Positions 16,554-26,595 of a DNA stretch of 64,000 nt are shown in pieces. How positions within the stretch are numbered: position 1 is the first letter of the stretch; each line of letters begins with the position of its first letter. This DNA comes from a virus: the IMG/VR virus record IMGVR_UViG_3300037418_004082; one strand, 5' to 3'. The position numbers were made by a program, and so were the translations under genes. The notes under the pieces are model-generated. The model was not told where the DNA came from, made no database searches, and saw nothing but the letters and a program-made list of their open reading frames with translations.

Positions 16554-16817
16554 TTGTCGTTGCTGAACCACCGTCGCTACCACCTGGTCACCACCGTCGA
16601 GCAGAACAGCTCCGTGACCAAGAGCGTCCCCGCCCTGAAGATGGTCGTCAACGGTCCAACGTCCGCGGGCGCCATGCAGGCGTTGCAGGCCAAGCTCTCC
16701 AACTTCGCGATGAGCGTGCACGCGGGCGAGCGTCGCCTCCCCAAGTCCGACGCGCGCCCCGGCTTGGAGTACCTGGCGTTCGACCTGGTGATGGAGCACG
16801 ATCTCGCGCGTCGCTAG
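16554..16817 (+). CDS. Hypothetical protein
   Basis: AAGGAGG SD; TTG start. Confidence 0.65.
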   Translation: MSLLNHRRYHLVTTVEQNSSVTKSVPALKMVVNGPTSAGAMQALQAKLSNFAMSVHAGERRLPKSDARPGLEYLAFDLVMEHDLARR

Positions 16818-16824
16818 ATAATTG
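16817..16824 (+). promoter_or_regulatory. GATAATTG candidate phage promoter
   Basis: Immediately after a stop, before the first virion-type gene. Confidence 0.5.
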
Positions 16825-16850
16825 GATCGTCGCAACCCTACGCGAGGTCC

Positions 16851-18308
16851 ATGATGCCCCTCCTGCACGATCCCGTCGTCATCTTCGTGAAAGCCGCGAG
16901 CGACGACTTGACGGCTACGCTGCTCGCCATCTCCGAAGCCGGCCTGCAGAAGAGCGCGAGCCAGTCGCCCGACGCCGTCGGCCTGGCCATGTACAAGGTC
17001 GCCGCGGAGCACGGCTTCGACCTGGACGACCTGATCGAGAAGCAGGCGGACTTCGAGCTGGCGAGCCACTGGCTGATGGGCTGCGAGCTGGCGAAGGCGG
17101 CCGGGCTGCTCACGCCGGGCCAGGCCCACGCGTTCGAGATGGAGAAGGCCGCGCTCGTGGAGCAGGCGGCCCGCGCGGGCGGCGCGTTCATGAACGCGGT
17201 CAAGGCGGTGGTCAACCCCGTCAAGAGCATCGCGGGCAAGGTGCGCGCCGGCATGCAGGACTATCAGCTCGCTCGTGCGATCAACAAGAGCGAGGTGAAC
17301 CCGGCGGCCGTGAAGGCGCCCACGCCCACCGTGGCGCAGGGCTCGACGTCGCGCGGCCTGTACCAGGACAACACGAACGCGGCCAAGGCGCAGGCCGGGC
17401 GCGCGAACGAGAACTACTTCCGTGGTCGCGAGGCGTCCACGCCGCAGCACTTCAACCAGCTCGCGCACGCGAACGATGCTGCGCGTTCGCACGCGCAGCA
17501 GACGGCTGGCATGAACGCCGTCCACGTGCAGAACCACGACGCGGCCGCCGCGGGCGTGCCGCACACGATGACCCCCGTGCAAGCGCCGGCCGGTCCGTCG
17601 AACATGCCCCACGTGCCGGCCATGGCCCCGCACCAGCAGCCCATCGGCACCCAGACGCCCGACGCGTTCAGCCTGGCTCGCGGCCGGGGCACGCTCCTGC
17701 GTCACCAGGCGGAAGCCCAGCGCGGGCCTATCACGGCCCAGCAGTACGCGCACGCCAACAGCGCGTCGCCGCGCCCGACCCAAGGTCAGGCCGCGATGGC
17801 GATGGGTGGGCACGACCAAGCCGTCGCGGACTTCCACGCGCAGCGCGCCGCCAAGGGCTTCGGCAAGGGCGCCCCGGTGGAGAACGGCACGCCCGCGGGC
17901 GGCCCCGGCCACCTGACGCCCGAACAGCAGCAGGCCGTGCGCCAGCTCCGCATCGAGCAGCAGGGCAAGTACCACCCGCAGCCGCAGCAGGGCCCGGAGC
18001 CTGCGCCCGCTCCCGCCCAGCCGCAGCACCAGGAGATCCCCTTGCTGCAGGGCCACGCGGCCGGCAACGGCGCGCCCACCGGTCCCGCGGATTCCGCGCT
18101 GGCGAACGCGCCCGCTCCGACCAACCAGCTCCACCAGGACTGGGAGGCCGCCAAGAACTGGATGCGCCAGCCCGTGCACCCGAACGCGGGCGGCATCACC
18201 CGCGGCCACGCCGCACTCGCGCTGGGCACCGCCGGGGCGGGCCTGGGAGCGGGCATTGTCGGCAGCGCCGTGCTGGCCGGCAACCACGCGCACCGGCAGC
18301 AAGGTTAG
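16851..18308 (+). CDS. Putative internal virion protein: KxA-rich N-terminus, Q/A/P/H low-complexity middle, C-terminal glycine zipper
   Basis: ITRGHAALALGTAGAGLGAGIVGSAVLAG. Confidence 0.7.
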   Translation: MMPLLHDPVVIFVKAASDDLTATLLAISEAGLQKSASQSPDAVGLAMYKVAAEHGFDLDDLIEKQADFELASHWLMGCELAKAAGLLTPGQAHAFEMEKAALVEQAARAGGAFMNAVKAVVNPVKSIAGKVRAGMQDYQLARAINKSEVNPAAVKAPTPTVAQGSTSRGLYQDNTNAAKAQAGRANENYFRGREASTPQHFNQLAHANDAARSHAQQTAGMNAVHVQNHDAAAAGVPHTMTPVQAPAGPSNMPHVPAMAPHQQPIGTQTPDAFSLARGRGTLLRHQAEAQRGPITAQQYAHANSASPRPTQGQAAMAMGGHDQAVADFHAQRAAKGFGKGAPVENGTPAGGPGHLTPEQQQAVRQLRIEQQGKYHPQPQQGPEPAPAPAQPQHQEIPLLQGHAAGNGAPTGPADSALANAPAPTNQLHQDWEAAKNWMRQPVHPNAGGITRGHAALALGTAGAGLGAGIVGSAVLAGNHAHRQQG

Positions 18309-18319
18309 AGGAGACGGAC

Positions 18320-18904
18320 ATGCAGCAGAACCAGGACGTCGCGGAGCAGGTCAAGCAGGCGTTCGCCGCCGACCCGTACTTCCAGAAGATGGAGGTCCTC
18401 AAGGCCGCCGGCCAGCTCGCGCCGGAGACCTTGCACCTGTACGAGCAGGAGAAGGAAGCCGCGTTCGAGGCACTGACCCGCCCGTTCCGCGCGCTTTCGC
18501 GGGGCGTCGGGGCCGTTGCCGACTCGCCGATGAAGGGCCAGATGGGGCTGGGCGAGCGCTTGAGCACCGCGCTCAAGGCGACGCGCCAGAGCATGGGCGT
18601 CCTCAAGAAGGAGGACGCCGCGTCGGCCGCCGCGGCCCAGACCATGAAGCAGACCCGCCAGCAGGCGGTGCTCGACGCGCACGCGAAGCAGGACGGCTCC
18701 GGCAGCGCCGCGACGTTCACGCCGCCGTCGATGATGGACAAGGCCCGCCACTTCTTCGGCAAGCCGCTCGACGCCAACGACCCCAAGGGCTTCACGCGCG
18801 GCCACGCGGCGATGGCGCTGGGTGGTCTCGGCGCACTGGGCGCGGGCACCGGCGCCGTGGCGCACCACTTGATCGCAGGTGGTCAGCCGTCGCCCGACAC
18901 GTAA
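18320..18904 (+). CDS. Putative internal virion protein with glycine zipper (C-terminus paralogous to 16851)
   Basis: GAGGAG SD; FTRGHAAMALGGLGALGAGTGAVA. Confidence 0.75.
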   Translation: MQQNQDVAEQVKQAFAADPYFQKMEVLKAAGQLAPETLHLYEQEKEAAFEALTRPFRALSRGVGAVADSPMKGQMGLGERLSTALKATRQSMGVLKKEDAASAAAAQTMKQTRQQAVLDAHAKQDGSGSAATFTPPSMMDKARHFFGKPLDANDPKGFTRGHAAMALGGLGALGAGTGAVAHHLIAGGQPSPDT

Positions 18905-18923
18905 AAGCCAAGCAAGCTAACGC

Positions 18924-18959
18924 AGTCCTACGTCAACCTTGACGTAGGACTTTTTGTTT
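18924..18959 (+). terminator. Intrinsic terminator
   Basis: AGTCCTACGTCAA/TTGACGTAGGACT inverted repeat followed by TTTTGTTT. Confidence 0.85.
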
Positions 18960-18982
18960 GGGCGCGTTCCTGCACGTCTGTT

Positions 18983-18990
18983 GATAATTC
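18983..18990 (+). promoter_or_regulatory. GATAATTC candidate phage promoter
   Basis: Directly after a terminator, before the fibre gene. Confidence 0.65.
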
Positions 18991-19034
18991 CTCCAGCCAT
19001 CTGATCGACCCCACACGTGTAATGGAGGTTCCGC

Positions 19035-20504
19035 ATGCCGGACGCTGGTATTTTCAACGGTACGCGCATCAAGGACAACTCGACGCCCGACGTCAAGCTG
19101 CAGACCATCTCGTCTGCCGGCAAGGTTGCCAACAGCGCCACCACGGCCACCAACCTGAACACCGCCTCGGCGATCGTCGCCCGTGACGCCAGCGGCAACT
19201 TCGCTGCCGGCCTCATCACCGCTTCCTTCAGCGGCGACGCCTCCCTGGCGACCAACCTGAACGCCTCGAACCTCGCGTCGGGCACCGTGCCGCTCGCCCG
19301 CATCAGCGGCATCACCAACACGGAGATCGCGGCCGGCGCGGCCATCGTGGACACCAAGCTGGCGACCATCTCGACCGCCGGCAAGGTCGCGAACTCCGCC
19401 ACCACCGCGACCGCGGCGGCCACCGCTTCCGCCATCGTGGCGCGCGACGGCTCCGGCGATGCGGCCTTCCACCAGATCACCGTGGCAGTGGACCCCACCT
19501 CCGCGCTGCAGGTCGCCACCAAGCAGTACGTGGACGGCATCGCGACCGGCCTGGAGCTGAAGGCGTCGGTCCGCGCGGCCACCACCGGCGCGCTGCCCGC
19601 CAACACCCGCACCGGCAACGTGCTGACGGCCTCCGCCAACGGCGCGCTCCCCGCGCAGGACGGCGTGACCCTGATCGCGGGCGACCGCATCCTGGTCAAG
19701 GACGAAGCGACCGCCGCCAACAACGGCATCTACACGGTCACCAACGCCGGTGGCGCCGGTGCCGCGTTCGTGCTGACCCGCTCGGCCGACGCCGACAACT
19801 CGCCCGGCCAGGAAGTCTCGGCCGGCATGTTCACCTTCGTCGAGGAGGGCACCACCCTCTCCGACACCGGCTGGGTGCTGGTCACCAACAACCCCATCAC
19901 GCTGAACACGACCTCGCTGTCGTTCAGCCAGTTCTCCGGCGCCGGCCAGATCGTCGCGGGCAACGGCATCTCGAAGTCGGGCAACACCCTGTCGGTCCTG
20001 GCCGATTCTGGTGACGGCTCGATCGCGGTGACCGTGTCGGGCGTCAAGGTGGCCGCGAACGGCATCAGCAACAGCCACATCGCGACCAACGCCGCGATCG
20101 TGGACACCAAGCTGGCGACGATCAGCACCGCCGGCAAGGTCGCGAACTCCGCGACCACTGGTACGGCTTCGTCCAACGCCAACACCCTGGCGCTGCGCGA
20201 CGCCAACGGCCGCACCCAGTTCGCCGACCCGTCGGCCGCGCAGGACGCCGCGACCAAGAACTACGTGGACGGCAAGATCGCCGGCACCCTGGTGGACAAC
20301 GAGGTGCCCACCGGCACCATCAACGGCACCAACCCGACGTTCACGCTGGCGCACTCCCCGATCTCGGGCTCCACCCACCTCAACGTGGACGGCATCTCCC
20401 TGATCGAAGGCGTGCACTACACGCTGACCGGTTCGACGCTGACCTACGGCACGAACCTGCAGCCCGCCACCGGCGAGACGCACCGCATCTCCTACCGCTA
20501 CTAA
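19035..20504 (+). CDS. Tail fibre / virion appendage protein 1
   Basis: 3x TIS(T/S)AGKVANSATT; ATKQYVD; GDRILVKD..NNGIY..LTR; C-terminal EVPTGTINGTNPTFTL module. Confidence 0.8.
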   Translation: MPDAGIFNGTRIKDNSTPDVKLQTISSAGKVANSATTATNLNTASAIVARDASGNFAAGLITASFSGDASLATNLNASNLASGTVPLARISGITNTEIAAGAAIVDTKLATISTAGKVANSATTATAAATASAIVARDGSGDAAFHQITVAVDPTSALQVATKQYVDGIATGLELKASVRAATTGALPANTRTGNVLTASANGALPAQDGVTLIAGDRILVKDEATAANNGIYTVTNAGGAGAAFVLTRSADADNSPGQEVSAGMFTFVEEGTTLSDTGWVLVTNNPITLNTTSLSFSQFSGAGQIVAGNGISKSGNTLSVLADSGDGSIAVTVSGVKVAANGISNSHIATNAAIVDTKLATISTAGKVANSATTGTASSNANTLALRDANGRTQFADPSAAQDAATKNYVDGKIAGTLVDNEVPTGTINGTNPTFTLAHSPISGSTHLNVDGISLIEGVHYTLTGSTLTYGTNLQPATGETHRISYRY

Positions 20505-20520
20505 TCCTAGCGGGGCTCCA

Positions 20521-20559
20521 GGAGGGCCGGGCGACCCATAGGGGTTGCCCGGCCCTTCC
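20521..20559. repeat. GC-rich intergenic stem-loop without U tract
   Basis: GGAGGGCCGGGCGACCC / GGGTTGCCCGGCCCTTCC. Confidence 0.6.
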
Positions 20560-20563
20560 GGCT

Positions 20564-20571
20564 GATAATTC
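20564..20571 (+). promoter_or_regulatory. GATAATTC candidate phage promoter
   Basis: Follows the stem-loop; precedes fibre gene 2. Confidence 0.65.
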
Positions 20572-20607
20572 CTTTGAAACACGCGCGCCACGCGCGGGGA
20601 GAACGTG

Positions 20608-22602
20608 ATGGCCGACGCCGGTATCTTCAACGGGACGCGCATCAAGGACAACACCGTCCCGGACATCAAGCTGCAGACGATCAGCACCGCGGGCAAGGTC
20701 GCGAACTCGGCCACGACGGCCACGAGCGCCAACACGAACTCGGCGATTGTCGCACGTGACGGCAGTGGCGGCTTCAGCGCGGGCGCGGTGAGCGTCACGA
20801 CGTTGACCACCTCGACAACTGCCGTGAACGCCAACCGTGCCGCCAACGTGGTGGCACAGGGTGGTTCCGGCGGCGCGACGAACGGCGGCGGCAACAGCGT
20901 CTTGTTCGGCCACTCGAACTCGGGTTTCACGGCGACGCTCGGCGCGTTCAGCGGCCTGGGCTACCCGTTGCTGGGCTTCTATTGCTACCACTCCGCCACC
21001 GCGAGCACGATGAAGCGCGCGTCGGCCACGAACCTGCCCTCGCTGCTGTACGTGGACACGAACGGCAACCTCGTCTACCAGACCGCACCCGCGGGCACCG
21101 TGGACGCCGACATCACGAACTTCACGACGCGCCTGCAGATCGCGAACACCGGCCAGGTGACGATTGGCGACGGCAGCGGCATCGCCAACCTGGCCGCCGG
21201 CAACCTCGCGTCCGGCACCGTCCCCTTGGCGCGCTTGAGCGGCATCACGACGAGCCAGCTCTCCGCCACCGCGGGCATCGTGTACGCCCAGCTCTCGATC
21301 GCGAACTCCATCGTGAACGCCGACATCGCGGCCGCTGCCGCCATCGCCTACAGCAAGTTGGCCTTGGCGAACTCCATCACGAACGCGGACCTCGCGGGCA
21401 GCATCGCCGACACGAAGCTGCTGACCATCAGCACCGCGGGCAAGGTGGCGAACAGCGCGACGACCGCGACCAACGCCAACACGGCCAGCGCCATCGTCGC
21501 GCGTGACGGGTCGGGCAACTTCGCGGCCAACATGATCAGCATCGGTGGCACGCCCACCAACGGCACCGACGTGGCGACCAAGGCGTACGTGGATGCGGCC
21601 GTGCAGGGCCTCGACGTCAAGGCCAGCGTGCGCGTCGCGACGACCGCCGCATTGACCGGCACGTACGCGTCCGGTCCCCAGACCTTCACGCTGACCGCCA
21701 CGGGCGTGCTCACGATCGACGGCGTTGCCACCGTGCTGAACGACCGCATCCTCGTGAAGGACCAGGTAACGGCTTCGCAGAACGGCATCTACACCGTGAC
21801 GACCGCGGGCGCCGTGGGTGTGGCCGCGGTACTCACGCGTGCGAGCGACATGAACACCTCCGCCGAAGCGTCGGCGGGCTCGTTCACCTTCGTCGAGGAA
21901 GGCACCGTCAACGACAACAGCGGCTGGGTGCTCACGAGCAACCAGCCCATCACGCTCGACACCACGTCGCTCGCCTTCACGCAGTTCAGCGGCGCGGGCC
22001 AAGTGATCGCCGGCAACGGCATCTCGAAGTCCGGCAACACGTTGAGCGTGCTCAACGCGGACGGCACGATCAGCGTGACCGTGTCCGGCATCGCCGTCGC
22101 CACGGGCAGCATCAGCAACACCCACATCGCGACGGGCGCGGCCATCGCCTACAGCAAGTTGTCGCTGGGCAATTCGATCGTCAACGCCGACATCGCCGCG
22201 GGCGCCGCCATCGTGGACACCAAGCTCGCCACCATCAGCACGGCGGGCAAGGTCGCCAACTCCGCGACGACGGGCACCGCATCGAACACCGTCAACACGC
22301 TCGTGCTGCGTGACGCGAATGGCCGCACGCAGATGGTCGATCCCTCCGCCGCGCAGGACGTGGCGACGCGTAACTTCGTGGATACGCGTCGTGTCAGCGA
22401 GGTGCCGTCCGGCACGGTCAACGGTACGAACCAGACGTTCACGTTGTCGAACACGCCGCGTACCGGGTCGCTCGACCTGTTCTTGAACGGCATTCGCCTG
22501 GAGCTGACGACGCACTACACGCTCTCCACGAACACCATCACGTTCGTGTCCGGCTTCCAGCCCGATGCCACGGAGAACTTCCGGGCCAACTACCTGCTCT
22601 AG
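20608..22602 (+). CDS. Tail fibre / virion appendage protein 2 (paralogue of 19035)
   Basis: Same N-terminus (DAGIFNGTRIKDN), same repeats and C-terminal module, plus a unique ~130-aa insert. Confidence 0.8.
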   Translation: MADAGIFNGTRIKDNTVPDIKLQTISTAGKVANSATTATSANTNSAIVARDGSGGFSAGAVSVTTLTTSTTAVNANRAANVVAQGGSGGATNGGGNSVLFGHSNSGFTATLGAFSGLGYPLLGFYCYHSATASTMKRASATNLPSLLYVDTNGNLVYQTAPAGTVDADITNFTTRLQIANTGQVTIGDGSGIANLAAGNLASGTVPLARLSGITTSQLSATAGIVYAQLSIANSIVNADIAAAAAIAYSKLALANSITNADLAGSIADTKLLTISTAGKVANSATTATNANTASAIVARDGSGNFAANMISIGGTPTNGTDVATKAYVDAAVQGLDVKASVRVATTAALTGTYASGPQTFTLTATGVLTIDGVATVLNDRILVKDQVTASQNGIYTVTTAGAVGVAAVLTRASDMNTSAEASAGSFTFVEEGTVNDNSGWVLTSNQPITLDTTSLAFTQFSGAGQVIAGNGISKSGNTLSVLNADGTISVTVSGIAVATGSISNTHIATGAAIAYSKLSLGNSIVNADIAAGAAIVDTKLATISTAGKVANSATTGTASNTVNTLVLRDANGRTQMVDPSAAQDVATRNFVDTRRVSEVPSGTVNGTNQTFTLSNTPRTGSLDLFLNGIRLELTTHYTLSTNTITFVSGFQPDATENFRANYLL

Positions 22603-22633
22603 CCCCGGATGGGGTGAACCACCACCGCCTGCT

Positions 22634-22641
22634 GATAATTC
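22634..22641 (+). promoter_or_regulatory. GATAATTC candidate phage promoter
   Basis: Intergenic, upstream of AGGAG SD. Confidence 0.65.
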
Positions 22642-22665
22642 AAACGGCACGCACAGGAGACACGC

Positions 22666-23775
22666 ATGGCGTACGATTCGACCGGACCCGGGGCCCACAT
22701 CCCGGTCAAGCGCATCAAGCCGATCACCGCCGACTGGATCGGCGATGCGAATGGCACGGGCACGAACCCCAACCTGCAGGGGTATCTCGATCTGCGTCGC
22801 CGCTACCGCGGCAACGTGGCGAACGTCGCCGCGCTCCCCAGCTCGAACCTCGTGAACGGTGACTGGGTCCTGGTGCTCGACGACGGCAGCGGAAGCCCGG
22901 CCATCAAGGTCTACGACCTGGCGAGCACGAGCTGGAAGTCGATCTCCAGCGGTGGCACCGCGGGCGTGGACGGCGCGTACGTGCTGGTCTCGCCGACCTC
23001 CACCAACGTCTACCCGCTGCCCTACTCGAAGCTGAACGAGAAGGTCTTCCTGGGCGGCATCCCGCAGGTACAGGGCACCGACTACACGCTCGACGGCGCC
23101 GGCAACTTCAGCTTCGTGGGCGGCCAGCCGGCCTCGAATCTCGACGTCCTCGTGACGTGCTCCACCACCTACACCGCGAGCAGCGCGGGCGGCGGCGCGA
23201 TGTCCACCCCCGTGATCGTGGCGGCCGACGCCGGCACCAGCAACGCGACCTACACGCTGCCGGGCTCCGGCCTGAACGAGTGGGTCTTCAAGGGCGGCGC
23301 GGTCCAGGTGCTCGGCACGGACTACACGAAGTCGAGCGGCAAGATCACTTTCGTCGCGGGTAACATCCCGGCCACGTCGCCGTCGGAGCCCGTGATCATC
23401 TCGTGCTCGATCGCGCCGATGCTCGGAACCGACGCGGTCACGCTGGGCGGCCACGCGAGCACCTACTTCAAGCCGGTGGACACCGTCGTGAAGCAGACCG
23501 GTCTCGCGTCGAACCACACGATGGCCGCGTGGGAAGCGTTCCTGCTCACGTTGACGGGCCCGACCACGAACAAGGTCGTCGTGCCCGCCGCGAGCACCGC
23601 CGGCCAACAGGTGACCATCAAAGACGTGGGCAACAGCTTCGGTGCGTACAACGTGCAGGTGATCCCCAGCGGCACGGACACGATCGAAGGCGACACGAGC
23701 GGCATGCTGATGAACCAGAGCCGGATGTCCATCACCCTCATGTCGGACGGCGTGGGCGGCTGGTGGCTGATCTAA
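22666..23775 (+). CDS. Virion structural / fibre-associated protein
   Basis: RRRYRGNVA..GDWVLV module; two GTDYT modules; C-terminal TIKD..GTDTIEG..SITL..GWWLI module. Confidence 0.7.
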   Translation: MAYDSTGPGAHIPVKRIKPITADWIGDANGTGTNPNLQGYLDLRRRYRGNVANVAALPSSNLVNGDWVLVLDDGSGSPAIKVYDLASTSWKSISSGGTAGVDGAYVLVSPTSTNVYPLPYSKLNEKVFLGGIPQVQGTDYTLDGAGNFSFVGGQPASNLDVLVTCSTTYTASSAGGGAMSTPVIVAADAGTSNATYTLPGSGLNEWVFKGGAVQVLGTDYTKSSGKITFVAGNIPATSPSEPVIISCSIAPMLGTDAVTLGGHASTYFKPVDTVVKQTGLASNHTMAAWEAFLLTLTGPTTNKVVVPAASTAGQQVTIKDVGNSFGAYNVQVIPSGTDTIEGDTSGMLMNQSRMSITLMSDGVGGWWLI

Positions 23776-23787
23776 GGAGACGAGACG

Positions 23788-24726
23788 ATGACGTACATCC
23801 CCGGTTCTTCGGCCGCGGCCAGCCAGACCGTCTTCCCCTACGCGGGTAACACGGCCTTGCCCGACCTCTACGTGCCTGCAGGCCAGAGCGTCAACCACGA
23901 CAGCACGAAGCAGTACAACGAGATCTTCGTCGAGAAGGGCGGCACGCTCACCATGTCGGGCTCGCTGGCGATCATGAAGATTCGCTGCCTGACCCTGATC
24001 GTGGCCGGCACGGTTCACGTGGACGGCCTGGGCTTGGCTGGTGGCGCGGGTGCCGCGGCGCCCGGGGGTACGTCCCAGGTGTCCGGCTCGTCGGGCACGG
24101 CCGGCACCGGCGTGAATGGTAACGCGTCCGCGGGCGCTGGCGGCACGGCGTCCGGCGCGGCCGGTCAGCAGTGCGGTGGCGGTGGTGGCGGCGCGGCCGG
24201 CACGCACAACACCGCGGGTACGACGGGCACCACCGGTGCGACCGGTTCCAGCGGCGGCGCGGGTGGCGCGGGCGGCTCTTCCGCCGGCAGCACCTACAAC
24301 GAAGCCACGGGTGGCCGCTTTGGCTCCGGTGGTGGCGGTGGCGGCTCGGGCGGCGTCGGTGCGGGCGGTGGCCTGGGTGGCAGCGGCGGCGGCGCGGGCG
24401 GCGCGGGCGGTGGCATCATCGACATCTTCGCCCAGACGGTGACGATCCTCGCGGGCGGCATCATCTCGGCCAACGGCGCCAACGGCACCACGGGCGCGGC
24501 CAGTGCGGTCAACGGCACCAACAATGGCGGCGGCGGCGGTGGAGGTGGCGGCGGCGGTGCCGGCGGCACCGTGAAGGTCCGCTACACCGGCACTTACACC
24601 AACAACGGCACCGTGCGTGCCAACGGCGGTTCGGCGGGTTCGGGCGGCAGCAGCAGCACGGGCGGTGTCGGCGGCGCGGGTGGTGTCGGCGGCACGGGCG
24701 TCGTGGACGTCGCGCAGACGACGTAA
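23788..24726 (+). CDS. Glycine-rich virion protein 1
   Basis: Poly-Gly runs; FNEIFVEKGGTL; GGGIIDIFA; GTVRANGG. Confidence 0.75.
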   Translation: MTYIPGSSAAASQTVFPYAGNTALPDLYVPAGQSVNHDSTKQYNEIFVEKGGTLTMSGSLAIMKIRCLTLIVAGTVHVDGLGLAGGAGAAAPGGTSQVSGSSGTAGTGVNGNASAGAGGTASGAAGQQCGGGGGGAAGTHNTAGTTGTTGATGSSGGAGGAGGSSAGSTYNEATGGRFGSGGGGGGSGGVGAGGGLGGSGGGAGGAGGGIIDIFAQTVTILAGGIISANGANGTTGAASAVNGTNNGGGGGGGGGGGAGGTVKVRYTGTYTNNGTVRANGGSAGSGGSSSTGGVGGAGGVGGTGVVDVAQTT

Positions 24727-24736
24727 GGAGTAGCCG

Positions 24737-25051
24737 ATGTCTCGCAAGGGAGCACGTAACGCGACGCGTCGCGCCATCACGAACGTCTCGACCGCCACGT
24801 ACACCGTCAAGTCGGACGACGATTACATCTGCGTGAACCGCAACGGCGCCGTCACGCTCACGCTGCCGGGCACGCCCACGCAGGGTGACGAGTACGAGAT
24901 CAAGGACGATGGTGGCTTTGTGTCCGCGTCCCAACCTCTCACGCTCAACGGAAACGGCAAGCTCATCGACGGCGCGAGCACGTTCGTGATGGACGGCGCC
25001 AAGTCCGCGATCAAGGTCACGTACAACGGTACGCAGTACAACGTCAGCTAA
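24737..25051 (+). CDS. Small fibre-tip-type beta-sandwich protein
   Basis: TLTLPGTPTQGDEYEIKD..LIDG..AIKVTYNG.QYNV. Confidence 0.7.
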   Translation: MSRKGARNATRRAITNVSTATYTVKSDDDYICVNRNGAVTLTLPGTPTQGDEYEIKDDGGFVSASQPLTLNGNGKLIDGASTFVMDGAKSAIKVTYNGTQYNVS

Positions 25052-25062
25052 GGAGCATCACC

Positions 25063-25956
25063 ATGGCCTACCCCGGAACTTCGAGCGCGAGTTCGGCGAC
25101 GAGCGGTTTGTCTTCGGGCACCGTCCTGAACGACCTGTACGTCAGCGCGGGCACGACCGTCAACCTCGACAGCCTGACCGACAAGCAGTTCAACGAGGTC
25201 TTCGTCGAAAAGGGCGGCACGCTGTCCGTCGCCGCGGCGTCGTCTGCCATCCTCAAGCTGCGCTGTAAGACCCTGGTCTTGAACGGCACCATCTCCGTGG
25301 ACGCCAAGGGCAACCCCGGCGGCACCGGTGGCGCGACCGGCACCAGTGGTGGCGCGGGCTCGCCGGGTAGCGCGGGCACCGGGCCCAACGGCAACAACGG
25401 GGCCGGTGCGGCGGGCGCCTCGGGGGCCAACGGCGGTGGCGGTGGCGCGGGCGCATCGCACGGCAGCACGGGCACGAACGGGACGGCTGCTGTTCAAGGT
25501 GGCGCGCTTGGCGGCACCGCTGGTGGCAGCTACACCGAAACCTCGGCCGGTCGTCAGGGTGGCGGAGGTGGCGGTGGCGGTGGCGCGGGTGCCGCGAACT
25601 CTTCGGCCGGCAATGGTGGCAATGGTGGCAATGGCGGTGGCGTCATCGACATCCTTGCCCAGGACATCACGATCGGCTCGGCTGGCGTGATCACGGCCAA
25701 CGGCGGCGGCGGCGGAGGTGGCGGTGGCGGCTTGACCGGCTCGCCCAACTTCGGCGGCGGTGGTGGTGGTGGCGGTGGTGGCGGTGCCGGCGGCACCGTG
25801 AAGATTCGCTACACCAACTCCTACACCAACAACGGCACCGTGCGCGCCAATGGTGGTGCAGCCGGAACGGGCGGCACCAACCAGTTCAGCTCCGCGAGCG
25901 GCGGCAACGGCGGCGCGGGTGCGAACGGCATCGTGGACGTCGCGCAGACGACCTAA
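25063..25956 (+). CDS. Glycine-rich virion protein 2 (paralogue of 23788)
   Basis: DLYVSAG, FNEVFVEKGGTL, YTNNGTVRANGG, VDVAQTT shared with 23788. Confidence 0.75.
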   Translation: MAYPGTSSASSATSGLSSGTVLNDLYVSAGTTVNLDSLTDKQFNEVFVEKGGTLSVAAASSAILKLRCKTLVLNGTISVDAKGNPGGTGGATGTSGGAGSPGSAGTGPNGNNGAGAAGASGANGGGGGAGASHGSTGTNGTAAVQGGALGGTAGGSYTETSAGRQGGGGGGGGGAGAANSSAGNGGNGGNGGGVIDILAQDITIGSAGVITANGGGGGGGGGGLTGSPNFGGGGGGGGGGGAGGTVKIRYTNSYTNNGTVRANGGAAGTGGTNQFSSASGGNGGAGANGIVDVAQTT

Positions 25957-25986
25957 CGACATCTGATACGAAAGGAACACCGTCCC

Positions 25987-26571
25987 ATGCAAGTCATCGT
26001 GGTTCAGTCCCAGCACGACGCGGCCTCCCGCGCTCTGGTCGCCGCTCTCGAAGCGGCCGGCGCGCAGGTCACCCTGCTCGACGCCTACAGCCCGGCGGAC
26101 GAAGCGGCCGTCAACGAGCTGCCCGTGCAGGTGACGCACCTGCCCTGCGTGGCGATCAAGCACGGCGCGACCGTGGTGGCAGAGCTGCAGCACGAGCTGC
26201 TCGACGTCGCCTCCGTGGTGGCCTTCGCCAAGGGTGTCCTGCCCGCCGTGATCGAGGTGCCGCGCGTGAACTGGGTGACGGGTAGCCCCGTCCAGCTCAA
26301 GGCCGTCTCGTCGTCCTCGTCGGACGCCGCGGCCGTGCGCGTGTCGGTGGACGGCGCGGCCGTGGCCCAGGCCACGCGCACCGTGGTCACGCCCGCCGAA
26401 GACCCGGAGGATCCGCCGGTCGTCGCGCACGAGCCCGTCTCGTTCGTGAACGGCGTCGCGACGTTCGACGTGACCTTCGCGGAGCCCGGCACGCACACCG
26501 TCACCATCGGCGACTTCGTCGCGACCTTCGAAGTGGCCGAAGCGCCGCCGGCTCCCGCGCCCGAAGAGTAA
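25987..26571 (+). CDS. Glutaredoxin-like fold (no CxxC) fused to an Ig-like domain (tentative)
   Basis: SQHDAASRAL..VTHLPCVAI; NGVATFDVTFAEPGTHTVT. Confidence 0.5.
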   Translation: MQVIVVQSQHDAASRALVAALEAAGAQVTLLDAYSPADEAAVNELPVQVTHLPCVAIKHGATVVAELQHELLDVASVVAFAKGVLPAVIEVPRVNWVTGSPVQLKAVSSSSSDAAAVRVSVDGAAVAQATRTVVTPAEDPEDPPVVAHEPVSFVNGVATFDVTFAEPGTHTVTIGDFVATFEVAEAPPAPAPEE

Positions 26572-26595
26572 GCCCACCACGAGGAGCACCCGCCC

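Noticed and set aside
15947-18904. 985-aa plus-strand ORF
   Set aside because: Off-frame R/G/P-rich read-through across the ncRNA region and genes 16554 and 16851; only its last 194 codons (from ATG 18320, with SD) look real.
23788-25956. Mycobacterial PE-PGRS genes
   Set aside because: No PE domain; the scaffold motifs and context match phage glycine-rich structural proteins.
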